From IMG/VR virus record IMGVR_UViG_3300035698_015449: a stretch of 64,000 nucleotides of DNA; one strand, given 5' to 3'. Position 1 is the stretch's first letter. Each line of letters starts with the position of its first letter. The DNA is from an uncultured virus (IMG/VR IMGVR_UViG_3300035698_015449). Its lineage: Duplodnaviria; Heunggongvirae; Uroviricota; Caudoviricetes. Positions 28,915 to 39,301 of the stretch are shown here, piece by piece. The translations under genes and the position numbers were made by a program. The notes beneath the pieces were generated by a model that did no database searches, was not told the origin of the DNA, and worked only from the letters and a program-made list of their open reading frames with translations.

Positions 28915-30135
28915 TCATAAATTACGACTTGTCATAGCCGCCACCATTTCTTGAAGATCTTGCCTCGGGTTTACCCCAAAACGAATTTCCTTCAATTTGT
29001 TTAACACGAAAAGGTATATCTTAATACACCTTACTTCTAATTTGCCCCTAAGTTCAGCATCTTTAAACTCATTTACCTTTGGTGCCACAAGGTTCTGCCT
29101 CAAAAAGTCGCAAGTCAATTTAGCCATAAACTCCATTGGTACAACTTCAGCCCTTGCCGTCTTCTTTGTCGGATCAACATGCCAATCCTGAAGTCCTCCG
29201 ATATGAACCATATATTTCATCCTGTCATCAATTTCTTTAAGCCCCTCTGTAGCCTTTCGTTTCTCTGTAGGGGTCAACATAGGGTCATGCCATACCTTTG
29301 AAGGATACTTACCCATAGTCATCATGCTACGAATGACATCAGACCATGATTGTCCCTGTCTCCAATATGATGCCGCCGCCAATTGCCATCTCGCTTTACG
29401 AACTATAACGTCTGCCAACACATTCTCATTGATACCGACATCTAAAAACTGTTGCATCATTGTTACGGATTTGCCATAAGAACACGTGTCGAGAACGTTA
29501 CCGAATTTGTAGATTACTGCTTCGTCCGAAGAAGGATATGCATTCTCTACAATATACTCTTCGGTAACATTCTGTGGACACGTAAGTGATAGTTTAGCGA
29601 TCTCTGATTCTAAAAATCCTCGTTGTCTTCCAACAATTTCAGAGAATATAGTCGCATTCTTGGCAGAGATTGTCTTCCCTGCTTTTTTGAATCTAGTCTG
29701 AATGAATTTTACGCAATCACCTTCTTCTTTTTCTGAGAACTTGCCGCCATTGTTAACGACTTTGCAATCAGGATTCTTTTTCAGAGCCGCAATGAAGTCA
29801 TTCCACGTTTTGCTGAATGTCCTCTTTTTAGGATCGAATTTGATTGTACCCTCAGAATCCCATATGACGAACTTAAGCTTATCAGAAGACATTTGCACAA
29901 TGTCAATGAGAAACTCCCTTATCGCTTTTTTGTTAGGGATGTCTTTGATCAGAATGACTTTCTTACTTGAAAGAAAATCACTTTGTCCAGCAGCCGCTCT
30001 TATCTCGTCAGGGTTGTCTTTTTTCGCAGAGAAGGTTATCCAGTTGTACTGATCGTACTTCTTCTTTGCTCCATTGACATTGTTCTGAGATAAGTAGCGA
30101 TCCCCCAGAATCAGAACTGGTGATGGCATATCCAT
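28915..30135 (-). CDS. holA: DNA polymerase III delta subunit-like clamp-loader component
   Basis: Degenerate AAA+ layout (A..FSEIVG...LESEIAKL); located next to dnaN and dnaX. Confidence 0.65.
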   Translation of the reverse strand: MDMPSPVLILGDRYLSQNNVNGAKKKYDQYNWITFSAKKDNPDEIRAAAGQSDFLSSKKVILIKDIPNKKAIREFLIDIVQMSSDKLKFVIWDSEGTIKFDPKKRTFSKTWNDFIAALKKNPDCKVVNNGGKFSEKEEGDCVKFIQTRFKKAGKTISAKNATIFSEIVGRQRGFLESEIAKLSLTCPQNVTEEYIVENAYPSSDEAVIYKFGNVLDTCSYGKSVTMMQQFLDVGINENVLADVIVRKARWQLAAASYWRQGQSWSDVIRSMMTMGKYPSKVWHDPMLTPTEKRKATEGLKEIDDRMKYMVHIGGLQDWHVDPTKKTARAEVVPMEFMAKLTCDFLRQNLVAPKVNEFKDAELRGKLEVRCIKIYLFVLNKLKEIRFGVNPRQDLQEMVAAMTSRNL

Positions 30136-30137
30136 GT

Positions 30138-31454
30138 TTAGCTCTCGTCAGAAATATCGTATTTAGATCTTTCAATCGCCATTGCAAAGTAAGTGACATT
30201 GGGCTTGTCGTTACTGACAAACTTAAGACTGTCCTTATCTCCATCTTCGGGAACCATGATCTTAATGGCGTCATCCCCTAGAACCTTCAAGATATCTAAG
30301 AAATGCCTTACATTCCAAACCTTCTTGAAGTCCTCCGTCAACGCCGTTACTTGCAAATTAGCTTTACAAGGGGCATGACCGCTCTCAGAGATGGCCTGCA
30401 ATAACAACTGATCCTTACTGAAAGAGAACAGAATTGCATTTTTGTTAACCATTGAGACCGTGTTAAGTCGATTTGTCAAAACGCTCTTTGGTACGCTGCA
30501 AAGGTCTTTGTACGTTTTCACCAAGAACAAGTCAACAGGCGGAAACTTATCGACTTTCTCTTTTTCGGAGGTTGCCAAACGAACTACAAACCCGGGCTGA
30601 CTAACATAAACTCTGTTGGACTTTTCGTCACGATGGAACGACATTGGCGCAGCATCAGATGAAAGCTTGCAGATTGTTAACAGAGACTTGTAAGGAACCA
30701 ATAGATTGCCTTTCCATGAGTCCTTAAGTCCGTTCGCCTCTAGCTCTTCAGCGGTCACGGAATTTGGCATATTGATGTTATCGGCATTCGGGATACTCCA
30801 AACAGCGCATCTTGCACAATCAGTAGTAACGATGTACATCTTCTCATCCTTATGCTGAAAGGAGATCGAGTCAAAAACATGATCGGGGCAATTGGGCATC
30901 GCCGTAAATCCTACATGTTGAATACCTACGTTAAGCTGCTCAAGTGGAACAACAAAAAGAGGCTTATCGCTGAGATCGTAATTCATCAACGGAACTTGCG
31001 ATGAGTCGTAGCTATCCAACGACCATTTTGAACCAGTCTTGGAAGCATCCATTGAGACCATTTCAACTGTACCCGTCTTTTTGATTGCGGCTTTCGTTGC
31101 TACATTAGCTTCACCTACGACTCCTACCATTTCAGGGGTCTTGAGCGCTTTGAACCTAAGTCCAACTGTACAATCTCCTTGGCGGTTAACCCAATCATAC
31201 AATTCTTTTGCAGGGATCATAATCTCGCCAACTTCTTTGACGGTAATCTTATCCGTTACAGGCAGCACATATCGAGAGGCAATTAAGGCTGTAGCTGATT
31301 CAAACGTAATATCGTCCTCAGTTACATTGACCTTAACAGACTTGATAAGCAAAGACAGCGTACTCGTATCTGTTTGAGCCTCATCCGACATAGCCGCCAA
31401 AGCTCCCCGCTTAAGCGACTCCACTAACGTATTTTGCGACATTGTTACTTTCAT
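30138..31454 (-). CDS. dnaN: DNA polymerase III beta sliding clamp
   Basis: MKVTMSQNTL, EVGEIMIPAK, IVTTDCAR, KFPPV, WNVRHFLDIL. Confidence 0.8.
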   Translation of the reverse strand: MKVTMSQNTLVESLKRGALAAMSDEAQTDTSTLSLLIKSVKVNVTEDDITFESATALIASRYVLPVTDKITVKEVGEIMIPAKELYDWVNRQGDCTVGLRFKALKTPEMVGVVGEANVATKAAIKKTGTVEMVSMDASKTGSKWSLDSYDSSQVPLMNYDLSDKPLFVVPLEQLNVGIQHVGFTAMPNCPDHVFDSISFQHKDEKMYIVTTDCARCAVWSIPNADNINMPNSVTAEELEANGLKDSWKGNLLVPYKSLLTICKLSSDAAPMSFHRDEKSNRVYVSQPGFVVRLATSEKEKVDKFPPVDLFLVKTYKDLCSVPKSVLTNRLNTVSMVNKNAILFSFSKDQLLLQAISESGHAPCKANLQVTALTEDFKKVWNVRHFLDILKVLGDDAIKIMVPEDGDKDSLKFVSNDKPNVTYFAMAIERSKYDISDES

Positions 31455-31480
31455 TGTTACTCCTTCTTCGTTGTTTACTT

Positions 31481-31495
31481 CAGAGATATTATACA
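31481..31495 (-). promoter_or_regulatory. Representative TGTATAAT-N2-CTCYG promoter (upstream of dnaN)
   Basis: The TGTATAAT core recurs at 12 minus-strand intergenic sites. Confidence 0.65.
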
Positions 31496-31499
31496 GTAA

Positions 31500-32393
31500 T
31501 TAGAGGATGAACAAAGGTATATCTTCTAATTTTCCGCATTCTTTCAGCTTTAGTGCCTTATGTCTAATTCTCACTAAGGCATTATCTACAGACTTCGTTT
31601 GGTGTCGCTTCTTGAGTCTTTTTGACAAATCTTTTGATATTTCAGTATATGATGAGCTTGTCAAATACTCTTGCAATACTTCTTGTTCAAATGACGATAA
31701 CGTTCTACAAAGATTGCCTAGCGTAACTTTATAGGCTTCTTTTACTTCGGTTTGCTTATCCACTGGGTCTGACCCATCAGGAATAATGTTTGCAAATGTG
31801 TTATTCGAATCTTCATCTCTTGGAGATGGGCTACTATCTAACGATATGGCTTGATTAATGGATTGGTCTTTCAATCTAGTTTTAGAAGCATTAAGAATTG
31901 TAATCAAATGTCGTCTAATACACATCTTGGCAAAGTTTAGAAAACTCATCCCTCTTCCACGTCTAAACCCGGGGATTGCTTTAAATCGCAAAGCTATCAA
32001 TGCCTCTTGATAAATGTCAACTGTCTGCAACCCCTTGATATATGGGAACTGCTTCAGAGCTACATTGATCAAGAATCCGTGCATATAAAGATGAATCATA
32101 TCAAACAAAAGCTGATTCTCTATATGGTCTTCAGGATATCTCCTAATATGTATCGCCAATTTATCTAACTTAGTCTGAACCTGCTTGGGTGTTCCAATTA
32201 ACGGTTCTTGGACTTGTGGCAATCTGAATAGAATCTCTTCTACCGCAGAAGACTTAGTGACCTTTTCTTCAACTTCTTCAACTTCTTCAACTTCGACCTC
32301 CACTTTTTTCGGGGGTCTACCTCTCCTTTTTGTTTGACCTTTATCGCTCTTCGCCGTGTTATTACCTGCGCTATCCGATTTCCTCCTAGACAT
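31500..32393 (-). CDS. SigH-like RNA polymerase sigma factor
   Basis: DIYQEALIAL, SFLNFAKMCIRRHLITIL, ISLDS, LSSFEQEVL..YL...SY.EI, KSVDNALVRIRHK (region 4.2 resembles Firmicute sigmaH). Confidence 0.85.
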   Translation of the reverse strand: MSRRKSDSAGNNTAKSDKGQTKRRGRPPKKVEVEVEEVEEVEEKVTKSSAVEEILFRLPQVQEPLIGTPKQVQTKLDKLAIHIRRYPEDHIENQLLFDMIHLYMHGFLINVALKQFPYIKGLQTVDIYQEALIALRFKAIPGFRRGRGMSFLNFAKMCIRRHLITILNASKTRLKDQSINQAISLDSSPSPRDEDSNNTFANIIPDGSDPVDKQTEVKEAYKVTLGNLCRTLSSFEQEVLQEYLTSSSYTEISKDLSKRLKKRHQTKSVDNALVRIRHKALKLKECGKLEDIPLFIL

Positions 32394-32446
32394 TCCTATA
32401 TTATCTCCCTTTACGGGGGATTAGAATGGTCGATGTGTTATACGTT

Positions 32447-33544
32447 CTATTTTCTTAACAATGCTATGCAATGAATGAGTGTTGATTCTAAAATCCACCT
32501 TTCGTTAATACTAAACTCAAGTTCCTTTCGCAACGTTGAAAACTGTTTCGCCATTTTATCTAATTGGCCCAACTTAACCGCTTCACTGTGTTTAATCAAC
32601 AACTCGATTTCATGGTCAGGCAAATCCATCCATTTGAACTTGCCATTATTAGCCTTCAGCAACATAATGTTACGGAACGCCTCTGAAACCTCATACGCAA
32701 TCTCTTTCATATCTACATTGGACATAATCAGATCGTTTACCTGATCCATAACCAACGGGATATCGCTTTTGATCATCGCTTCTATGATTTGAAACACTAT
32801 TTGACGGTCAGCCAAACCAAAATACTTCTGTGCGTGTTTATCAGTTATTTCTTTCTCGCCTGCCAACGTTGCAATTTGCTCCAGCGCAACAACGGCATCT
32901 CTCATACTTCCTCTACTCTTTTTGGCGAGAACAAAAAGAGCCTCATCTGTAATATTTACTCCTTCCTTATCACTAATATAACGAAGCCGCCCTACTATTT
33001 CCTTAGAAGAAATTCGCCTAAAGTTAAAACGTTGAGACCTAGACGTTATCGTATCAATCACTTTATCAGGTTCAGTAGTACAAAAAATGAATGTCAAATA
33101 GGATGGCGGTGCTTCTGTAATCTTCAAAAGAGCCGATACAGCGCTGCCGCTCAAACGATGACATTCGTCAATAATATATACTTTCCTTTTCAACTGACTG
33201 GGATTCCATCTTGCTCCGTCAATCAAAGCCATAACATGCTCTACTTTACCGTTTGCCGCTCCGTCTAACTCAATAACGTCCATTGCGACTTCAGCAGGTA
33301 CAGTTCTACATGCAAGACATTTTCCACACAATTTCCCTTCAATAGGATTTTCGCAATTCAATAGGTTGGCTAATATTCTTGCTGAAGAAGTTTTCCCGCA
33401 GCCTTTAGTCCCAACCATAAAATACGAATTAGCGAACCGATCAAGCTTTGAAGCCTGTTTCAACGTAGTCACAACCGTATCCTGTCCAACTAAATCGTCT
33501 AGTTGAAACGGACGGTATTTCAAATGCCATGTTTCTCTTGCCAT
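32447..33544 (-). CDS. dnaX: DNA polymerase III gamma/tau subunit
   Basis: KYRP..LDDLVGQ, GTKGCGKTS, CGKCLAC, YIIDECH, SRSQRF, GSMRDA. Confidence 0.95.
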   Translation of the reverse strand: MARETWHLKYRPFQLDDLVGQDTVVTTLKQASKLDRFANSYFMVGTKGCGKTSSARILANLLNCENPIEGKLCGKCLACRTVPAEVAMDVIELDGAANGKVEHVMALIDGARWNPSQLKRKVYIIDECHRLSGSAVSALLKITEAPPSYLTFIFCTTEPDKVIDTITSRSQRFNFRRISSKEIVGRLRYISDKEGVNITDEALFVLAKKSRGSMRDAVVALEQIATLAGEKEITDKHAQKYFGLADRQIVFQIIEAMIKSDIPLVMDQVNDLIMSNVDMKEIAYEVSEAFRNIMLLKANNGKFKWMDLPDHEIELLIKHSEAVKLGQLDKMAKQFSTLRKELEFSINERWILESTLIHCIALLRK

Positions 33545-33629
33545 CGTTAATGCTCCATAGTTTATGTGTTATAACTATTATACATAGTTAAATCAATTTT
33601 ATTCGGAAATATTATACAACCGTTTACGT

Positions 33630-34043
33630 TTAAGCAATCTTCTTTATTTTGCCGTGAACATCAGCGACTAGGCTGTCACTGTTAGCATTGATTGTATTGG
33701 AGGATTTGGCTTCATCCTCTGAGACGACTTCGTAAGGAGTAATGACGCCCTTAATAACGTCTTTATCTTGTAAATCGTCAATGACTATAAGGTCTTTATC
33801 ATCAGGAACAGAAGCTAGCACAAGGTTAATCCAATAGCTATTACTGACTTTGTATCCTCTCTCTCTGATTTGACTAATTGTCTCTTCGGGAAAAACATCA
33901 CCGGGCAATAAATATTTTGCAAGTTCTTGGGTCTTAGCAGATACAGAGGTCTTGTGGAAACCAACGTCAACAAATACCTTTGCGACCTTTGCCCTTAAAT
34001 CCAGATCTTCTCCGATCAACCCTATGACTATTTTTTTGCTCAT
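33630..34043 (-). CDS. Degenerate dNMP-kinase-like protein
   Basis: IVIGLIG, YWINLV, LIVIDDL; P-loop degenerate. Confidence 0.45.
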   Translation of the reverse strand: MSKKIVIGLIGEDLDLRAKVAKVFVDVGFHKTSVSAKTQELAKYLLPGDVFPEETISQIRERGYKVSNSYWINLVLASVPDDKDLIVIDDLQDKDVIKGVITPYEVVSEDEAKSSNTINANSDSLVADVHGKIKKIA

Positions 34044-34045
34044 AA

Positions 34046-34891
34046 TTAAGACAATGCCTTGTCAACTCCCACGAACTGCAATTGCGATATTACAGGCGAA
34101 ATCGCTGAACTTCTTTCTTGCGGTTTAAACACAACATTCAAATCAACTGAAAACCCATCCGAAGTCGAAACTGATATTGACCTTGATGTGGTCTCATCTT
34201 CCATAAAACTAAGATCGATTCCTCCATTGTAAAATGAAATAGAACCCGTTACCAATTGCATGCCTACTCGAATCTTTGCTGGGTTTAAGCTCAAAGAATT
34301 GTTTGAACCCGCTGTATATATCGGCTTACAATTGTTATTGACCGTAAAACTAAAACTCTGTATTGGGAGCGTTCCAATTCCATCACCCGATATTGTCAAA
34401 TCATCCCATGTAATGATCTTCTCAACTGTATCGTATCCACCAAGCCCGCCCGAATCCGATCCGCTTAAACCCATGATGTCTGCGGTTGCTGTTAAAAAAT
34501 CTCCTGCTGTAGCCGAAAATGTGTAACTATTTATCTTGCATCCTGTGTACGACCTTCCAAAGTCGCAACTGTATGCAAAGTTAACGTTAAAGTCATCTCC
34601 CGTCCTTGCCAAATCAAAAAGGATTCCTGCACTATTCTCTGTAAATGGGTATGAGATGTTGCCTTGATAGATCTTGACGCCGGGTCTCCATATCCTTTTC
34701 TGAGTATTTAAGGCACCGACATCCCCCTTACCTCCAAAAATAGTGGTGGGTACGCTATCCCTTAAACCAATGATGTGATCGTAGAATAACGGTTCTTGAC
34801 GAGGATTTATATTGAAGTCTGTGCATCGAACTTTAGAACTACCAATTTCTGCAATCCCCATAAAACCGGGTTTAATGTCGCCTATTGCCAT
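34046..34891 (-). CDS. Putative phage tail tube protein
   Basis: Beta-rich, Gly/Ser-rich; YTGCKINSYTFSATAGD, QSFSFTVNNN, VTGSISFY. Confidence 0.6.
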   Translation of the reverse strand: MAIGDIKPGFMGIAEIGSSKVRCTDFNINPRQEPLFYDHIIGLRDSVPTTIFGGKGDVGALNTQKRIWRPGVKIYQGNISYPFTENSAGILFDLARTGDDFNVNFAYSCDFGRSYTGCKINSYTFSATAGDFLTATADIMGLSGSDSGGLGGYDTVEKIITWDDLTISGDGIGTLPIQSFSFTVNNNCKPIYTAGSNNSLSLNPAKIRVGMQLVTGSISFYNGGIDLSFMEDETTSRSISVSTSDGFSVDLNVVFKPQERSSAISPVISQLQFVGVDKALS

Positions 34892-34953
34892 ATTAGTCTA
34901 TATCCAGATCGTCTGAATCGTCCGCCTTATCAGGAGATTCAGTGAATTTACAT

Positions 34954-35832
34954 TTAGTTTGATTCCATTTTGTATTTCTTTTCCTTAACATTAAAATATA
35001 CTCCTTTGTTCAATAATAATATAGATTTCTGTTGCAAAGAGTGATGCAGTTTCGTGTGGTTGCTTTTTGTGGTTAAAAATAAATTATCCAAACTATTATC
35101 ACAACTATTGCCATTAATGTGATGTACGCATTCGTTCTGATACAATAGCCTTCCCATAGCCTTCTCAACTATTAGTACGTGTCTCTTTTTCCATCTAGTT
35201 TTCCATTCCCCATTTTGTTTGAAACTAAAACATATTGCTTCCATTTTTCTAGATCTAACGGTCTTAATATAGATTCTTTGACTATAAATACAATCTTCGG
35301 GAGACAAGAATAGCGTTTTTGTAGAAACCTTTTTCCCGAAGTCATATGTTGATAGCGTTGGGTAGAAATTCAATTCTCCATCATGTAACAATTCATATCC
35401 ACATAACTCTAAAGAATTATGCAGTTTCCCATGCTCATTACGACTTGAACAAACAAATAAATTATCTATATTGTTATTTAGTTTATTCAGATCTATGTGA
35501 TGTACTAATTCCCCCTTCTTTAACAACCTACCTAACTGCTTTTCTGCAACAAAAATATGTTCTAGATCTCTTCTTCCGTTTACAGTTATTCGCTTATAAC
35601 CACCATTTGTTATGCCGTGTTTCCAATGACCATGGTTTTCACCACATGGTATAGATCGGTATTTACAAGAATTAGCGCAATGACAGCAAAGATCTATAGA
35701 TCTTCCTCTAACCTTCCTCCCCATTTTTATAGTTGCAATAGATGCAGTGCCTTCTTCCCCGCATTCATCACAAATTCTTATAATTACTTCTGCGCATTTA
35801 AGACCTTCAATCGTTTTTAAATTTTTTATCAT
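34954..35832 (-). CDS. Double HNH homing endonuclease
   Basis: EH..VAEKQLGR.L...ELVHHID.NK.NN.IDNL and HV..VEKAMGR...VHHING...DN.LDNL; start moved to 35832. Confidence 0.88.
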   Translation of the reverse strand: MIKNLKTIEGLKCAEVIIRICDECGEEGTASIATIKMGRKVRGRSIDLCCHCANSCKYRSIPCGENHGHWKHGITNGGYKRITVNGRRDLEHIFVAEKQLGRLLKKGELVHHIDLNKLNNNIDNLFVCSSRNEHGKLHNSLELCGYELLHDGELNFYPTLSTYDFGKKVSTKTLFLSPEDCIYSQRIYIKTVRSRKMEAICFSFKQNGEWKTRWKKRHVLIVEKAMGRLLYQNECVHHINGNSCDNSLDNLFLTTKSNHTKLHHSLQQKSILLLNKGVYFNVKEKKYKMESN

Positions 35833-35898
35833 ATTGTATCTCCATTTTGGATCTATATCTATTAATTCCAAAATGAAAATATAAATTCCTCTTTAAAT

Positions 35899-37914
35899 TT
35901 ACAAACCTAAATCATCCTTTCCATATTTATCAGGGGACTCTGTGCACTTACATTTAGGGTATAAACTGCAACCAAAGAATACGCTACCATCTCTTTTATT
36001 CTTTCTTTCAAGCAATTCGCCTTTCCTTCCATTCTTTTTGCAATCAGGACATGCTCGTCCAGTGGATTTGACCACTACCTTTACTTTTACTTTGAATTTA
36101 CCTTCTTCTACTTCAGTAAACACAGATTTGCATTTCGGATATTGATCGCATGCAAAGAAGTCTCCAAACTTACCGTGCTTTTTAACAATGAACCCTTTTT
36201 TGCAAACCATACATTTCTCGCCAGTAGTTACATCAACCTTACGAGGCGAATCTTTGTCCTTTGCTCTTGCCTTCTTGATCTCATCCTGCAAAATGTCGTA
36301 AGTGCCTTGGATAACTTCAAGATAGTCTTTGTTTCCATCAGCAACTAGCATCAATTCGTCTTCCATACTTGCCGTGAACGTTATATCCATGAAGAAATCT
36401 TTAAAGTTCTCTTCCAAATAGTCAAAAACCCTCATTCCAAGGTCTGTGGAACCCAAACTGCCTTTTTTACCTTGAGGGACTTCAACATATCCACGTTTTT
36501 TGATACCTTCCATAATTGAAGAGTATGTAGATGGACGACCTACCCCTTGCTTCTCCATCTCCTTAACAAGACTCGCTTCATTGTATCTTGGGGGAGGCTG
36601 AGTCGTATGCTTGGTTTTTTTGATATCCTTTAGATCTAGCTTTTCTTTTTCTTCTACTAAGGGAAGTTCGTTCTCTTTAGCGTTAGAATATTTGTAAGCT
36701 TTAGACCACCCGTCAAACCGGATAGTCTGACCTTTGGCAATCAAATCTTTCTTTGTACTAGATTTTATGTGATAGACCACCGTATCCATGACCATAGGCG
36801 TCATCTGACAGGCAACGAATCTACTACGAATAAGTTTGTACAGCTTCTTCTCGTCAGAACTAAGGATATCGTCTCCACATTCTTTACAATGAGTCGGTCT
36901 TATACATTCATGGGCCTCTTGCGCTGCCGCTTTAGATTTCTTCTTGTAGTAATTTGGCTTGGCGGGAAGATACTTCTTATCAATAGATGTCGTAATGAAG
37001 TCTCTAACCTCATCTACGGCTTCCTTAGCGATGTTAAATGAGTCGGTACGGATGTATGTTACCTTTCCTTGCTCATATAGCTTCTGAGCCATCATTGTAG
37101 TCTTCTTGACAGGCCACTTGAATACAGATGTAGCTGCCTGCAACATCGTCGGCGTATCAAATGGAGGATAAGGATTACTCTTTTTCTCTTTACGATCAAT
37201 CTTGTTAACCACATACGTTGCTTTCTCAAGCGCTTTTAGATCCTCTTTCCCCAATTCTTCTTTGAGATATCGGTTGTCTTTGTCTTTGGTTACAACTCTT
37301 GCCCAAAAGTCCCCCTGCTTGCCTTGGAGTAACGCATCAATGTACCAAAAGTCTGTTGGCTTGAACGCACTAATCTCTTTCTCTCTGAGACATACAATCT
37401 TAAGAGCAATTGATTGAACTCTTCCAGCGGATGTTCCCGATCCAACTGTAAACCAAAGAATAGGTGAAATTTTATACCCAACCAACCTATCAAGAATCTG
37501 TCTAGCATGTTGAGCATGAACTTGATCCATGTCAATGTCCCGCTTATTCTTAACCGCCTTCAATACTGCTGTCTTTGTAATCTCGTTAAAGGCTACTCTT
37601 TTACACTTCTTTTTGCATTTCGCATTAAGCAATTCATAGATATGCCACGAAATAGCCTCTCCCTCTCTATCAGGGTCAGTAGCTAAAATGATCTCGTCAG
37701 CTTTCTCGGCTAACGTCTTAATCTCTTTTACGACTTTCTTTTTATCAGCGGATACTTCGAATACGGGTTCAAAGTTGTTTTTGATATCAATATTCAATCC
37801 TTTACGGGGGATGCTTCTCACATGACCTACTGATGGAGTTACAGTGTAATCCCCACCAAGGATTCCTCTCAATTTCCCGCACTTACTTGGACTTTCTACT
37901 ATAAATAGTTTCAT
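35899..37914 (-). CDS. topA: DNA topoisomerase I (type IA) with Zn ribbons
   Basis: IVESPSK, ATDPDREGE, SAGRVQS, TYIRTDS, AHECIRPT, GVGRPSTY. Confidence 0.97.
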   Translation of the reverse strand: MKLFIVESPSKCGKLRGILGGDYTVTPSVGHVRSIPRKGLNIDIKNNFEPVFEVSADKKKVVKEIKTLAEKADEIILATDPDREGEAISWHIYELLNAKCKKKCKRVAFNEITKTAVLKAVKNKRDIDMDQVHAQHARQILDRLVGYKISPILWFTVGSGTSAGRVQSIALKIVCLREKEISAFKPTDFWYIDALLQGKQGDFWARVVTKDKDNRYLKEELGKEDLKALEKATYVVNKIDRKEKKSNPYPPFDTPTMLQAATSVFKWPVKKTTMMAQKLYEQGKVTYIRTDSFNIAKEAVDEVRDFITTSIDKKYLPAKPNYYKKKSKAAAQEAHECIRPTHCKECGDDILSSDEKKLYKLIRSRFVACQMTPMVMDTVVYHIKSSTKKDLIAKGQTIRFDGWSKAYKYSNAKENELPLVEEKEKLDLKDIKKTKHTTQPPPRYNEASLVKEMEKQGVGRPSTYSSIMEGIKKRGYVEVPQGKKGSLGSTDLGMRVFDYLEENFKDFFMDITFTASMEDELMLVADGNKDYLEVIQGTYDILQDEIKKARAKDKDSPRKVDVTTGEKCMVCKKGFIVKKHGKFGDFFACDQYPKCKSVFTEVEEGKFKVKVKVVVKSTGRACPDCKKNGRKGELLERKNKRDGSVFFGCSLYPKCKCTESPDKYGKDDLGL

Positions 37915-38003
37915 AAATTCTCCTCAAATGTTACGGAGTTATTATACAACTTCATTTGAGGATTAGAGGAAACAATGTAAATATTGTGGAATTATTAACC
38001 ATC

Positions 38004-39299
38004 ATGGACAAATACGGACACATTTTTGACAACGCCCCTATTGGGATGATCGAACAAGACTGGAGCGAAATAAAATCCATGCTATCTGTTGTACGTTCCA
38101 AAGTCAAGCCTGAGGATATTGACGATTATTTAACCAAAAACCCTAAGTTCGTTGAAAGGGCCATTGACTCCGTAAAAATACTACGTGTCAATAAAAAAGC
38201 TACTGAGATCTTCGAAGCCGAATTCGTTAAACCTACGGCTACCTCAATTGTCGAGGTCTACTACCCTGAGACTTTTGCGTCTTTCCAGAAAGGGTTAGCT
38301 GATTTTTACAACGGGAGCAGAGAATTTCAGATCGAAACGGTTGCTAAGACTTTTAAAGGAAGCAAAATCTATGTTACCAGTCACATCAAGCTATTTGACG
38401 ACGATGTAAATTTAAACCACGTCATTGTCAGCATAGTAGACTCAACCCCATCGGTAAAGACTCTCCAAAAACAAACCGAACTGTCAAAAAAAATCGATAG
38501 ATCTTTTTACAGCAGCGTGATTGGGATGCTAACAACAGACACGGAAGGTAACATTTTAGAGGTTAATGATGCCCTTTGTCAGTTCCTACAATATGACAAA
38601 GAAGAACTTATTTGCATGAATGTAATGGAAATAGAAACTATTGACGGAGAAGCTTGTCAAGACATGTCTGCTTTAATCAAGAAAGATCGTGATTTTCTTA
38701 AAGCTGAGAGGCGTCTAAAAAGAAAAGATGGAACCGAAGTGTGGTCTATATTAGGTCTAAACTTAATGAGAAACGAGGAAGACTATCCTATGTATTTTAT
38801 GGCACAATTCGTTGACATTGACAAAGAGAAGCAAAATTCAATAGCATTGGAAGAGAATGTGGGAAAATACAAACAGCTATTGTCATCAACAAATGCAATT
38901 TATGTCATTCTAAACTCAGAAGGAGAATTAATGGATGTAAGTGATACATTCATTGAGTTTTTCGAATGCAAAAAAGAATGTTTCGAACGAAAATCTTTAA
39001 GGGCTATGGTCTCAACAGAGAGTATGGCGGTCTTTGATGAAGCTTGGAATCGAATCTGTAAAGGTCAAACAGTTAATTGTGTTGAAGTAGCTTTGACAAA
39101 GGGGCCTATCTTTAGGTGGTGTTCTATAAACGGAAGTATGATTCGTAACGGTGGAGAGAAGGTCTTCTTACTAATTTCTGATATTACCGAAAGGAAAAAG
39201 AAAGAATTTGAAACCTTAATTGCTAAAGAAAGGCACCGTGACCGTTTGAGAGGTAACATAAAAGAGTTAAGAGATCAAATCGGTAAAATGAGGAAATAG
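38004..39299 (+). CDS. Multi-PAS/PAC sensor protein with no kinase or cyclase output domain
   Basis: Three PAS-like units (NKKATEIF; VNDALCQFLQY...KRKDGTEVW; DITERKK); ends in a short coiled coil. Confidence 0.8.
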   Translation: MDKYGHIFDNAPIGMIEQDWSEIKSMLSVVRSKVKPEDIDDYLTKNPKFVERAIDSVKILRVNKKATEIFEAEFVKPTATSIVEVYYPETFASFQKGLADFYNGSREFQIETVAKTFKGSKIYVTSHIKLFDDDVNLNHVIVSIVDSTPSVKTLQKQTELSKKIDRSFYSSVIGMLTTDTEGNILEVNDALCQFLQYDKEELICMNVMEIETIDGEACQDMSALIKKDRDFLKAERRLKRKDGTEVWSILGLNLMRNEEDYPMYFMAQFVDIDKEKQNSIALEENVGKYKQLLSSTNAIYVILNSEGELMDVSDTFIEFFECKKECFERKSLRAMVSTESMAVFDEAWNRICKGQTVNCVEVALTKGPIFRWCSINGSMIRNGGEKVFLLISDITERKKKEFETLIAKERHRDRLRGNIKELRDQIGKMRK

Positions 39300-39301
39300 A
39301 C

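Noticed and set aside
32264..32294. 9-bp tandem repeat in the sigma gene, and a 15-bp duplication near 56180-56213
   Set aside because: In-frame low-complexity linkers (EVE and APVVP repeats)
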